Positions 31,026 through 41,311 of a stretch of DNA of 64,000 nucleotides are shown one piece after another (within the stretch, counting starts at the first letter, position 1; each line of letters starts with the position of its first letter). Source of the stretch: Diplonema japonicum (Eukaryota > Protista > Euglenozoa: Diplonemea); NCBI GenBank assembly GCA_964019335.1, contig OZ025676.1, positions 186,001 to 250,000 on the forward strand, read 5' to 3'. Below the pieces are notes generated by a model. The model was not told the DNA's origin. It saw only the letters and a program-made list of their open reading frames with translations, and made no database searches. A program made the position numbers and the translations under genes.

Positions 31026-31540
31026 ATACATTCTTCCACTCGGGCGCTACCGGTGATGACCGACGAGGAGGTCAACAGCGAACAACACATCTGATGTTTT
31101 TCTTATATTTCCATGTTATCCCCACCACCTAAAAAGAGAGAGAGAGAAAAAAAGAAACAAAGCGAGGAAAGAGAAAAAAAATAAGGTATCAAAGAAAGGA
31201 TTAAGAGAGGGGGAAAATAGAAGAAATGTAGTTGGTGTTTTGATTACTTTTTCTTTTTTTATATTCTCATTCATTCTTGTTTTGGCACATTACAGGGGGA
31301 GTGGGCGGGGGGGAAAACAAAGTAAAAAAAAAAAAAAAAAAAAAAAAAGAAGGGTGGGGAACATCTAAGAGATTCAAAAAAAAAAATCCAAGAATTTTTT
31401 TTTTATTTTTTGAATCAATTTTTTTTTTTTTTTAAATTTCTGGTGAACAACAACAAAAAAAAAGAGAAGATAAAAAAAAACTTTTTTGGTAGACAAGTTA
31501 TATTTTCCATTCCTTTTTTTTTTTTTTTTCAATCTCAATC

Positions 31541-31810
31541 TCATCCACTTTTAAATAGTAGAATGGCAACTTGACCAAGATAGAAGTATATAAAGTGCTT
31601 GGTCTCGTGAGTCACATAAGAACCAAAGTTCCTTCCCACGATGCAGTGCCATGTGGGGTTGTACCTCTTGTCGAACTCCTTCTTGATGAACGCCGCAATG
31701 TCCTTCTCGATGTTGAACTTCTCAAGCGCCTGGGTGGCACACTCGATGGCGTCGCTCTGCATGTCCTCAGACATGTCTGCGTTCTTGATAACTGCCTTGC
31801 GCTCAGTCAT
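31541..31810 (-). CDS. DYNLL: Dynein light chain LC8, copy 2
   Basis: Protein identical to copy 1. I saw three synonymous differences (AAG/AAA, CAT/CAC, GAT/GAC). Confidence 0.98.
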   Translation of the reverse strand: MTERKAVIKNADMSEDMQSDAIECATQALEKFNIEKDIAAFIKKEFDKRYNPTWHCIVGRNFGSYVTHETKHFIYFYLGQVAILLFKSG

Positions 31811-31925
31811 TTTTTTTTATTCTCTTTTTTTTTTTATATCTGCGATAAAAAATTTTCAATGACAACAAAAAGCTTTTTTTAACAAAAAAAAATACTCTAA
31901 AAATCTATTAAAATCTACAACATGT

Positions 31926-34793
31926 CTAAGGCCTTGGTATCATTACGGACCCATGCCCCGATCTTGACATTCTTCGGAGACCGTCGTTTTCTACCTCAAG
32001 TTTTTTGATGTAGTCCTTTAGCATGTGCTTTTCGTGCTCAATCTGCTGCAGCAGCCTTCTTGTGTCGCCTAACTTCGCCCAATCCACCTTCATCGCCTTC
32101 AGCTTCTCCTTCATCTTCTCGTACCGAGCCTCTAGCTTCCGCACGTCTGCTGCCGTGTTAGGATCCATTCGGGCTGTGTCTATTGCTGCTCGTTTTCTCT
32201 TGTGCTCCAATACCCTAACAGGGTGTGACTTCATGATGCCCCCACTGTGGATCCTCTCGCTGCATACCGTGCAGAGTCTCGCCCTGCACAGGGCGCAGCT
32301 CACTTCTGCCCTCCTTTGCACGCAGTCTTCACACGCCGCTCCGGTGGTCTGTTGCTCCGCTGGGCGTTGTGTTTGTTGGAGATCTCCTTCTTCCTTTTCG
32401 ATTTCCTTCAACATCCGTTTCCTCTGCTCGTCTGCGTACCTGCCCAGCGCGTCGTCCCTTTCGTTGTACGCCTCTTTCACAAGACCCTGCGACTCCACCG
32501 CCGCTTGTGCCAGTGCATCAAGCTCGCGTTGCATCTCGTCCTGCTTCTCCAGCATGATCGCGAGCTCCGACGTGTGCCGTGTCTCAGTTGCATCCATCCT
32601 GTCTCTTGTGATGTCCAGTACTTCGTGTATCCCGCGCTGTGCCAGTGCTTGTTCCAGCCTGGCCGATGCTCGCTCCGCGTCCTCCTTGCACCTGTTCATC
32701 CATTCCGAGAGGGTGTTCGACGCCAGCATGTGTTCGAAACTGTAGAACGTTCCATCACTCGTGCTGCCGTCCAGCTTCAGGACAGCCCCGGGCGGTAGCA
32801 AGAAACTGTTGTCGTTCGGGTAGGCGGAGATGGGCTGCAAAGCAACACCGTAGCGCACGTCGCTGACGATGCCCGAGGGGGCCGTGGACTGCTTGAGGGA
32901 GCATTGCAAGGGTGCCATGGTGACGCCTTCGCTGAAGCATTCTGGGCCATGGAACACCACCCTCCCTGCGGAGCCGTTGGTGTGGGGCTTGTGGGACAAT
33001 GCTGTCAGGAGGCCTATCACCTTCAGCCAAGGGCGCACACTGCTGAGGGACTTCTCATCGGCACCGCCTGCGACAAGTGCTGTCATCGCAGAAGCCACGG
33101 CATTGCTGATGCATGGGTTCCTTGCGTTTTCGTTGTACTTCTGCCATGCGCCGTAGTTGCTATACTGCGGTACAGCGCCGTGTAGCATCAGCAGGTCCAC
33201 GTCGGGTGCCGTCATCGTGAAGAGCCTCAGCAACACCAGCTCCATGAGGTTCAGCCCAGGGAAGGGCGGCGTACTGCCTCGCACCGCACGAGCCGCCTCT
33301 GCAATCACTGCAAAGGCGTCGACACCCTCGACAGGCACCAGGTGGCCCAGCAGCTCGTCGAGTACATCGCCCTCCTTCGCCCCCCACTCCTTCCCCAGGT
33401 TCAATAAGATATCCTTTGTTGTGCTCATGTCTGTGATCGCAGAGGCGTTGGGTGTTCCGGGGTACAGATCTGGGCACCTGTCTTTGTAGGTCATGGTGGC
33501 TGCTTGTGTGACGAGCCCCTGCTGCGTCTTGGTCAGACCAGTGGCATCGCCACTGACAGGCACAGGGTGGTCTCCCTTCAACTTCAAGATGCCGTTCCTC
33601 AAACCCTCGTTGATGTCGCACAGAAGGTCCCTGCTGCCAGTGAGCTCTACAATGAGCATGTGGTCGTTGGTGGCAGGAAGCGGTGCTGGAGGTGTGTCCT
33701 CACCTTCCGCATGCTGGGGCTCCTTCGGCTCAGGTAGGGCAGACCTCCCTAGCTCAAGCTCGAACTTCATATCGGAGTACTGCAGTGCCACATCACGGAT
33801 TTCGCTGCTCAGGCGCGTTGCTTGGAGGAGTGCCTCGTACTTGACCTTCAGGAGGTCGTTTTTCGCAGCAAGATCGGCTTTCACCTTCGCAAGCTCACTT
33901 TCCAGACCTTGGATCGCGACGAGGTGCTGCGCAAGGAGCCTGTCCTTGTCGGCAGAGTCGGTGGTGGTGGTGTTCTGCTTCTCGTTCACCACTTTGATCT
34001 CATTCACCAGCACGTCGATCGTCTGCTCCAGTTTCTCTCTGTCGGCCTTCAATTCCTGCACTGCGGCTTCCTTGTCTGCTTTGGCGTCTAGCACGCGTTG
34101 CTCCGTAGCTTGCAGTTCTTTCTTTAGCTCACCCACCTCCTCGACGACCTTCTTGCACTCCTCGACACCCTTGTCGAGCCACTCCTTCAGCGCGTCCTTC
34201 TCTTTTTTCAAGGCTTCGATCTCCTCGTCCCTCTGGTCGATCACCCGTTGCAGCTCTGCTTCCCTTTCCTGCAGCACCGCTTCCCTGTTCTGGAGCTCCA
34301 TTGCCGTGTTCCTGTAGTGCTCGTTGAGGCGCTGCTTCTCGCGTTCGAACTCTTCCTTTTGATTCGCGATGTTCTGGTAGAGCTTCGCCCGTTGTTCCTC
34401 CTTGAGCATCTCGAACTGTCGGTGCATGTCCTGCGTGCGGTTCTGGAAGGGTACCAGCTCGCTGTGCAGCTTTTTGTTCTCCTCCTTCAGCTTCTTATTC
34501 TCGTCTTTTTCGGATTCAAGATGTGCGCTCAAAGTGTTGAGGGTCTGCTGAAGCACCATCATCTGATCCTCATACTGTGCATGTGCTTGAGCCTGCGTCG
34601 AGTCCGGAGCTGCAGGGGTAGCAAAGTGTATCTGAGTTGCTGGAGCGGTTTGGGGTGTAGTTGCTGGGACAGCTTTGGGAGACCTCCACATCTGTGGTGG
34701 CAACGAAGTCATTGGAGGAGGCCCCACGTTAGGGCCTGCCAGCTTGAAGGGATCGTAGGCGACTGCACCCTTACGTCCTGTCGGGAAAGCCAT
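31926..34793 (-). CDS. Coiled-coil protein with a degenerate ADP-ribosyltransferase-like domain and a C-terminal B-box zinc finger
   Basis: First ATG at 34793. Long E/K/Q heptad region. ART-like segments LLRLFT, RPWLKVIGLLTAL, LQPISAYPNDNSFLLPPG. B-box CEDC...CALC...LCTVCSERIH...H. Confidence 0.75.
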   Translation of the reverse strand: MAFPTGRKGAVAYDPFKLAGPNVGPPPMTSLPPQMWRSPKAVPATTPQTAPATQIHFATPAAPDSTQAQAHAQYEDQMMVLQQTLNTLSAHLESEKDENKKLKEENKKLHSELVPFQNRTQDMHRQFEMLKEEQRAKLYQNIANQKEEFEREKQRLNEHYRNTAMELQNREAVLQEREAELQRVIDQRDEEIEALKKEKDALKEWLDKGVEECKKVVEEVGELKKELQATEQRVLDAKADKEAAVQELKADREKLEQTIDVLVNEIKVVNEKQNTTTTDSADKDRLLAQHLVAIQGLESELAKVKADLAAKNDLLKVKYEALLQATRLSSEIRDVALQYSDMKFELELGRSALPEPKEPQHAEGEDTPPAPLPATNDHMLIVELTGSRDLLCDINEGLRNGILKLKGDHPVPVSGDATGLTKTQQGLVTQAATMTYKDRCPDLYPGTPNASAITDMSTTKDILLNLGKEWGAKEGDVLDELLGHLVPVEGVDAFAVIAEAARAVRGSTPPFPGLNLMELVLLRLFTMTAPDVDLLMLHGAVPQYSNYGAWQKYNENARNPCISNAVASAMTALVAGGADEKSLSSVRPWLKVIGLLTALSHKPHTNGSAGRVVFHGPECFSEGVTMAPLQCSLKQSTAPSGIVSDVRYGVALQPISAYPNDNSFLLPPGAVLKLDGSTSDGTFYSFEHMLASNTLSEWMNRCKEDAERASARLEQALAQRGIHEVLDITRDRMDATETRHTSELAIMLEKQDEMQRELDALAQAAVESQGLVKEAYNERDDALGRYADEQRKRMLKEIEKEEGDLQQTQRPAEQQTTGAACEDCVQRRAEVSCALCRARLCTVCSERIHSGGIMKSHPVRVLEHKRKRAAIDTARMDPNTAADVRKLEARYEKMKEKLKAMKVDWAKLGDTRRLLQQIEHEKHMLKDYIKKLEVENDGLRRMSRSGHGSVMIPRP

Positions 34794-35359
34794 GGTATCC
34801 TCCCCCCCTTCCTGTGTGGATATGTTTACATTGTTGTAATGTGGCAAGATGGGTCAAGCAAGAGGAAAAAAAAAAAAAAAAGAAAGGGGGAAAGAAAAAA
34901 AAAACTGCTGTCCTTTTTTCCCCTCCCATTTTTTTTTTTTTTTTTTTTTTGTATTGTTCGATGTAGTTTTTTTTTTTATTGTATGAGAAATGGGTGAAAA
35001 AAAAAGGAGGAGCAAGAGTAAATTTCTTTAAAAAAAAAAGGGGGGGTAAAAAAAAGTCAAAAAAAGGGGTACTTTTGATTTCTTTTTTTTTTTATTCTCT
35101 CCGTTGTCCCCTTTTTTGTTGTTTCTTCGTCGCACCATCACTAATCTCAAGCTTTACAGCGGTAGCACCAGGTTTGTAAGCCACAACAAAAAAAAGGGGG
35201 GGAGCGGGGAGGAAGAAGGGAGAAAGAAAGGGAAAACACTCCAGCAGAAAACCTGAATTTTGTACTTTGTTTTGTTCCTTTTTTTCTTTTTTTTTTTTTT
35301 TTTTTGCTTTCCTTTTCTTTTTTTCCGTATTCAATTCACAAGAGTTTCTTTTTATATAT

Positions 35360-36381
35360 GAGCTCGTCCGGAAGAAAATGTCAACAAATGACCCTCCTAT
35401 GCGGCGGAAAACCCCCGTTAAATTTCTAAGTAAAAAAGTAGTCCGACACCACTTTGTGTGCAGAAATGCAGTCTAAGCTTGAACACCATATAGGTCAAAA
35501 TGCTCGCCGTTTGTTTTATTTTTAAAACGCACGTGCAAAAACATGTTTTTTAGAATGGTTTTTGGCAAACGATTCAATTTGGAAGTTACAAATAACCCAG
35601 ACTCCATTTTTTATTTTCGTTTTCCCGTGAAAAGTGACAGGAGGAACAGACGCAGACTGAAAATCTGTGAAACCTTTGGGGTCATTTTGGGTGGGCTGGA
35701 CTCTAAATCACTATTAAAATGGGGTGGGGAGAACTTACCCCACAGTGCCATTTTGGCCTATTTAAGGCTAAAATCCCTTTAAAACCCCTTAAAAAGCAAA
35801 ATTTTCACTTTTAAAGTATTATGAGTGCAAAAGAAAAGGAAAAACCTCAGCAGATGGGTTGAGAATGAAAGTTTGACCCCAAAGATACCAATGTCGAAGC
35901 TCTGCATAAGCAGGCAAGTGTTAAGAATTGGTTTTTCTGAAAAAGGCCAAAATCCCTTAGGAACCCCTTGAAAAAGCCAAAAAATAGGGTGTAAAAAACC
36001 GGATTTTCGGGGGCTATGCCATATATTTTTCGCTAAGTACTTTTAACAGTAACCCGACCCTGGGTTGTACCCAGGGGTCACAAGTGCGCTTGATCACCAA
36101 TTTTATGCACCCTAGATGCTGCATTTTAAGCAATAAAATTGCATTTTAAACATTTTTCGGCGTTTTTCTGACCTCTATTTTTCGCTTCCCGGGGGCAGCC
36201 GATTGCAAAGCCTGCCACCCTCATGGCAAAACAAGCATCGCAATTGAAAGAACGGCGTCATGTACACCATAAATGTCATCTTCCTATGGTTGCATGCTGC
36301 CCTTTTTTTGCTCAAATAATCAAAACAAGAAATTTTCGGAGGTACCCAAAAAAGTGTTGACATTTTCGTCCGGACGAGCTC
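35360..36381. mobile_element. Non-autonomous DNA transposon (MITE-like), about 1.02 kb
   Basis: 27-bp TIRs GAGCTCGTCCGGAAGAAAATGTCAACA and TGTTGACATTTTCGTCCGGACGAGCTC (one mismatch), both flanked by ATAT. No long ORF. The interior lacks the long homopolymers of the flanks. Confidence 0.9.
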
Positions 36382-36542
36382 ATATATTTTTTTTTCTATT
36401 TCCTCTTTTTTTTTTTTCTTTGTTTTGTTTTTTTGTTTGACTTTTTTTTTTCTTTCCCCCCTTCTTTCAATGGGGTGTTATCAACATATATAAAAATAAA
36501 CAAAAAAAAACACAACAAAAAAAACTGTTCTTCTAGGCATGC

Positions 36543-36583
<41 letters not shown>

Positions 36584-36797
36584 GCTCACCAGCAGTAATT
36601 TCTGAAGAGTCAAATAAAAGAAAAAAACGCAACCTGTAACCCTTCATTTCTTAATCATATAAAAAGTCGAAGAGAAAAAAAATCTTTTTTTTTGGGGGGA
36701 GGAGAGGGAGTAGTTGGGGGGAACACAAAAAAAAAAAAAAAAAAAAAACACAGCGGCAATCCTTAAAATAAACTTTTTTCTTTTTTTTTTTCCCCGT

Positions 36798-39700
36798 CTA
36801 ATCGATTTTTTTCCGGTCCATCCCGCCAGAAGACGGTGCAGGGGCAGGGGCAGAGACACCCTCCCAAAAGTACAACAAACATTTATACTGGGGATACGCC
36901 CGGGCAGGTGCTATATTACAAACACCCCATCGAACATTCGCAGCATATCCCTTCTCAACACGCGATCGATTCGCTTCAGCTTGAACGGCATCCAGCGTCC
37001 GATGGATCGGCGCCAACTGTTTAAGAGTTTGACCCATCGCTTTTGCAGGCACCAATGTAAGGAAAGCCAAACTGTTGGTGTCCCTAGAAAAACCTGGCGC
37101 GCCGCTTAGTACAATCGGAGTGTTTCTAATACCACCAAGCAAGGTGTCCTTCCCACCACCGCTTCGATCGCTGAACACCAACGGATGCCCACCTGCACTG
37201 TTAAATGTATTGTAATGCGTGACCGTAAGAGCGACAAGCCCTTCACTATCCAGCGCTCTCTCAGAACAAAAAACCCTTTCACCATCTTCATCTTTATATG
37301 ACAACGTGTGCAGGCCGTGGAAGTACAGCGCAAGAACAAGCCCCATTGCGGAGATAAACAACGGTACGGTAATCACAATGCTCCATTTTCCCTTGATGAT
37401 CGACGAACCTTGGCTGGCAAAGACGATGATGATGATGAGCAACATACTGCTCATCAAGCTGTACCCGAAGGTCTTGAGGTACACCAAACGGGATATTATT
37501 CTATCTTCAATGTACAGCTTTCTGTCGGAAAACGTCACGCTTTCATGTTCCGGGTGGGTTAGGCGTTTTTCGCGATGTTGTAGAGCGGTGTCGCTGTTCG
37601 CTCGTTCTTCGTGAAGCCATTCCAGCACCGTGTGGAGAACATCATCCGCTCGTTCAGGACAGTCAGGCGCGATAACATGTGTAGCAACGGCAGGGAGGAT
37701 CTTCTCAGTGAAGGTTGACAACGATCTCCTCCCGAGGACCCCAAACAACATCAACGATTTCCCCTGCACCGGAACACACTTCTCTCTAAACCCTGGTATG
37801 CATCTTCTTACAAAATACACCATCCCGCTTACAGCCAAGGACACACCGCTTACCAACAGTGTTATCGGTAATATTACAATTGAAAATACCCCATGGATCA
37901 AACCCTTAACCGCGCTTACCGACCGTCCGTCGAGCACAGTGTGGGCCACCCATGGTGGGATGTTGGCTTCGGGGAATTCCTCCATGGCGAATTTCAAGAC
38001 AGAAATGGGGACTCTTGTCAATGGGTGGACCAAGTAGGGAAGCCTGAACAAATGCTGTCCGTGTGTTGTGGGGACCAATGTTCCCAACCATTCGTCGGAG
38101 ATGTACTTCGGCAGTACTATTGACGCGAGGTTTTGAACCTTTGAGATCTCACCTTGAACACGTTCGGAGCATGCGTCTTGAAGTTGGAAAACAAGGCTTT
38201 CGACAGCTTCACGATCGCAGTCTTGCGTTCGCGTCATTTTCTGGTTGAACTCGGTGAGGCTTTTTTGGATTTTCGTGCGGCTGTGTTGGTCCAGCCCACT
38301 TCTTTCGGCAACCTGCTGGTTTCCGATAGAGTACGACGACATTGAAGCTGGCCGACCGTCTATGTCGGGAACGCCTTTTTTGAGATTGTTCAGCATGACA
38401 AGCTCACCCGAGTCCGTGACCTGAAACTTCGATTTAATATAATACGACAGCAAACAGGTCAGCGTCGGGAGGATAAAAAAGAAGAACGAGATCAGCTCGG
38501 AAACCTGCGGCTTCTGCGGGATGTACTTCGGGTTCCCTGTTCCGTTGTACGAGAGGTAATTCGCGCATTCCACGGAGTTGATGTCTGGGATGACGGGGAT
38601 CGCGTCTTTGCAGATTTCACGGGGCTCGCGGTACCATATTTGGATTAAAGCCAAGGGCATTGCTTCTGCGATCAACGAAACCGCCTTGGGAATGAAAGTT
38701 TTCATCATCGAGAATTTTGTAGTGTGTGCGTCCAACTGTTCCGACTCCTCAGCAAGCGTCAACGGTTCATCAGTACGAGAAAGCCACGTCTCTGACGCGA
38801 TAAGAAACAGTAAAATCGTGTCTGTCATAAACTCCCCACCGATCGGAAGCCCATTAATGAAACACAGAAACCAGAACAGTCTGTTATCCCCACGGCCGAC
38901 AAACACCATCAAACCGTTCGTAACCGCCGACGACAAGTTGAACAATAACCAGTTTCGGTACACATTTCGATTCCCGTACCGGTCCTTTTCCCGTTCCAGT
39001 TTCTTCTGCCAGAAGACGTTCCCCACGATGGCGCCCACGATGACGAAAAAAACACCGATCACAGCGACGTTCGACGCTTTGCATTCAAAGGAGCTCTTCG
39101 GGTACCCGCTTTCAAAACCTTCATCGTCAATGTACTTTGCGTTGATGGGGTCTTCATACGCGGCGCAGCCTTTTGCCATTTCCGGTTCAACTTTGTGACG
39201 AACGAACCACATGAGGAGATTCTTCATGAGAGTAACGGTGAGCTGATCGCACATCCACGCGCCGATGAGCTGGCGAAAGTAAGGATTGTTGTAAGATGAC
39301 GTGAGCATCTCGCTGAATTGTTGTAAAAATGTTGATTTTCGAAGAGCGGCTTGTAAAGCGGGGGATATTGTGGAGTTTTTGTAGCCATTAAGGACACCGA
39401 CGAACGCGACGTTGATGACGATGTGGATAATGCCGAACAGAATGGCGCAGACAAGATTGGTGACCGGTTTCAAACCAGCCATTACACCGTCTTCAGGTCC
39501 CATTTCGTTGTCGGTAGCGTCCATGATGGTCCCGACGATGAGCGTGACGAATCCCATGACAAGGATTCCGACAACTTTCATCATGGATCCGATCCGCAGC
39601 CCGTCGTTGTGGTGCGCCTCGTCGAGAATTCTCTGCGACTTCAACATTGTTCCGAGGGTTGTTGTCGGTGTGCCTGTTAACGTGTCACCTATGAAGAAAA

Positions 39701-40202
39701 CAACGTAAGCAATCGCGTACTGCAACAACACACGGTCTCGTCCTAGCGCCGGGTCGATGGGTTTGAATGGGATGAATATAAAGATAAATGCGATGGCTTG
39801 AATAACAGAGCCTAGAACAGCGATTTTCCCGATGGTGTGCATTGTGCATTTTCGTAGGTAGCAAGCCATCATTGGATCAGTTAGAACATCAATGCATTTT
39901 GAGAAAGTTACAATTAAGGCCACTTCGCCCGGTACTAAATTTACTGCGGTGTACCATTGGGTCGCGAAGACGGCGATCCAGGCAGGCATGGCGAAGGAGC
40001 CGAACAGCTGTGTTGCGGACCATAGGTACACCACCCATTTCATGTGGCGTTTAACGTCTTCGTCTTTCATTCCCCGGTATTTTATGTTTGTTTCTTCTGT
40101 TTTCTGGGCGGATGGTGTCTCACCGATTGCGCCGTCGGAAAAGTCTTCTTCCCTTCTTCTTCGAAGGGGTGTGGGGTTGATTGTTGTTGCGGTGTGCATC
40201 AT
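36798..40202 (-). CDS. MFS transporter (GPH/MFS_2-like) with a long C-terminal extension
   Basis: KCIDVLTDP resembles the GPH-family DxxxDP cation-site motif. About 12 hydrophobic helices, then about 500 aa more with additional TM segments. Confidence 0.75.
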   Translation of the reverse strand: MMHTATTINPTPLRRRREEDFSDGAIGETPSAQKTEETNIKYRGMKDEDVKRHMKWVVYLWSATQLFGSFAMPAWIAVFATQWYTAVNLVPGEVALIVTFSKCIDVLTDPMMACYLRKCTMHTIGKIAVLGSVIQAIAFIFIFIPFKPIDPALGRDRVLLQYAIAYVVFFIGDTLTGTPTTTLGTMLKSQRILDEAHHNDGLRIGSMMKVVGILVMGFVTLIVGTIMDATDNEMGPEDGVMAGLKPVTNLVCAILFGIIHIVINVAFVGVLNGYKNSTISPALQAALRKSTFLQQFSEMLTSSYNNPYFRQLIGAWMCDQLTVTLMKNLLMWFVRHKVEPEMAKGCAAYEDPINAKYIDDEGFESGYPKSSFECKASNVAVIGVFFVIVGAIVGNVFWQKKLEREKDRYGNRNVYRNWLLFNLSSAVTNGLMVFVGRGDNRLFWFLCFINGLPIGGEFMTDTILLFLIASETWLSRTDEPLTLAEESEQLDAHTTKFSMMKTFIPKAVSLIAEAMPLALIQIWYREPREICKDAIPVIPDINSVECANYLSYNGTGNPKYIPQKPQVSELISFFFFILPTLTCLLSYYIKSKFQVTDSGELVMLNNLKKGVPDIDGRPASMSSYSIGNQQVAERSGLDQHSRTKIQKSLTEFNQKMTRTQDCDREAVESLVFQLQDACSERVQGEISKVQNLASIVLPKYISDEWLGTLVPTTHGQHLFRLPYLVHPLTRVPISVLKFAMEEFPEANIPPWVAHTVLDGRSVSAVKGLIHGVFSIVILPITLLVSGVSLAVSGMVYFVRRCIPGFREKCVPVQGKSLMLFGVLGRRSLSTFTEKILPAVATHVIAPDCPERADDVLHTVLEWLHEERANSDTALQHREKRLTHPEHESVTFSDRKLYIEDRIISRLVYLKTFGYSLMSSMLLIIIIVFASQGSSIIKGKWSIVITVPLFISAMGLVLALYFHGLHTLSYKDEDGERVFCSERALDSEGLVALTVTHYNTFNSAGGHPLVFSDRSGGGKDTLLGGIRNTPIVLSGAPGFSRDTNSLAFLTLVPAKAMGQTLKQLAPIHRTLDAVQAEANRSRVEKGYAANVRWGVCNIAPARAYPQYKCLLYFWEGVSAPAPAPSSGGMDRKKID

Positions 40203-40228
40203 GTTGCAACCCCTCCTCCCCCCGCCCC

Positions 40229-40267
<39 letters not shown>

Positions 40268-41023
40268 GGTAAGGATGTGGGGGGGGGGGGAAATATGTAT
40301 TATTCTCTTCCCCTCCCCCTGCCTTTTTTTTTTGAGAAAGGTTAGCAGCGATTTAATCAACAAAAAACTTTTTTTTTTAAAAAAAATATATATGAGTAGT
40401 GGTGTCATACACAGCACGTTGTCTCAATGGATTTGTACCGTGTGCAAACGAATGCTAAGTACTGACGCTTTTTTTTTTTTTTTTTTTTTTTTTTCCCTTG
40501 GAAGAAACTGAGGTTCGAAGGAAGGGGGGGGAGGGGGGAAAGAGAACAAGAAAAAGTTAAAATCTTTTGTTTGTGTTTTTTGTTGTATCTTTTTAAAGGT
40601 TGGTACTACAGTAATTAAGGGCCGCTTTTGCAAGATTAGCCATCATAAAAAAAATCTTTTTTAAAAAAAAGCATGTCTTTGACGGGAGCTGTAGCAATTT
40701 TGTGACAGGACCGCCTTTGAGCGGCAATCACCCACATATTGTTGGCCTCTTCAGCGTGAAACCAATACAAACAAAAAAAAAAAAAAAAAACTAAATTTTA
40801 GAACAAACAAACAAACAGATCTCTTCCGTGGTACCACCAACGGTATTTCAAAATAAGAAAATTGTATCCCTGCGGCACTGATGTATGAAATAAATCAAGA
40901 AGGGAACAAAAAAAAAATAGAGAGCTTTTCTATCCGTCCCCCCACCCCACCCCATTTTTCTTTCTTCAGTTGGTTCGCTTTCTCATGTCAAATCAAACAC
41001 TTCCCCTCCCCCCCTTTTCTTTT

Positions 41024-41237
41024 TCATGGATTCTTCTTTCTCATCGGTGGAAGTGGAAGCGCAACTGTTTTTTTTTTTTTCTTTTTTTTTTTTCATCCAC
41101 GGAAAAAGAAAACACACCTTTCCCAGTCGGGTTCGGAGAAGTCACGTTAGGCGGGGGGTTCGCAGGGCCGCTGCGTTCACTAGAATCATGGTACTGCCCA
41201 ACATCTTGGTGGTATTCTTGCGCAGGCTGGAATAGTG

Positions 41238-41311
<74 letters not shown>

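Noticed and set aside
35140-35190. Possible third copy of the short repeat (GGTTTGTAAGC in a small hairpin)
   Set aside because: Only about 11 nt match and the conserved 3' end is missing.
40390-40890. Complex islands that might be micro-exons (one frame ends TTCCV*) or small RNAs
   Set aside because: I could not build a consistent spliced frame or find snoRNA boxes; RNA-seq would be needed.
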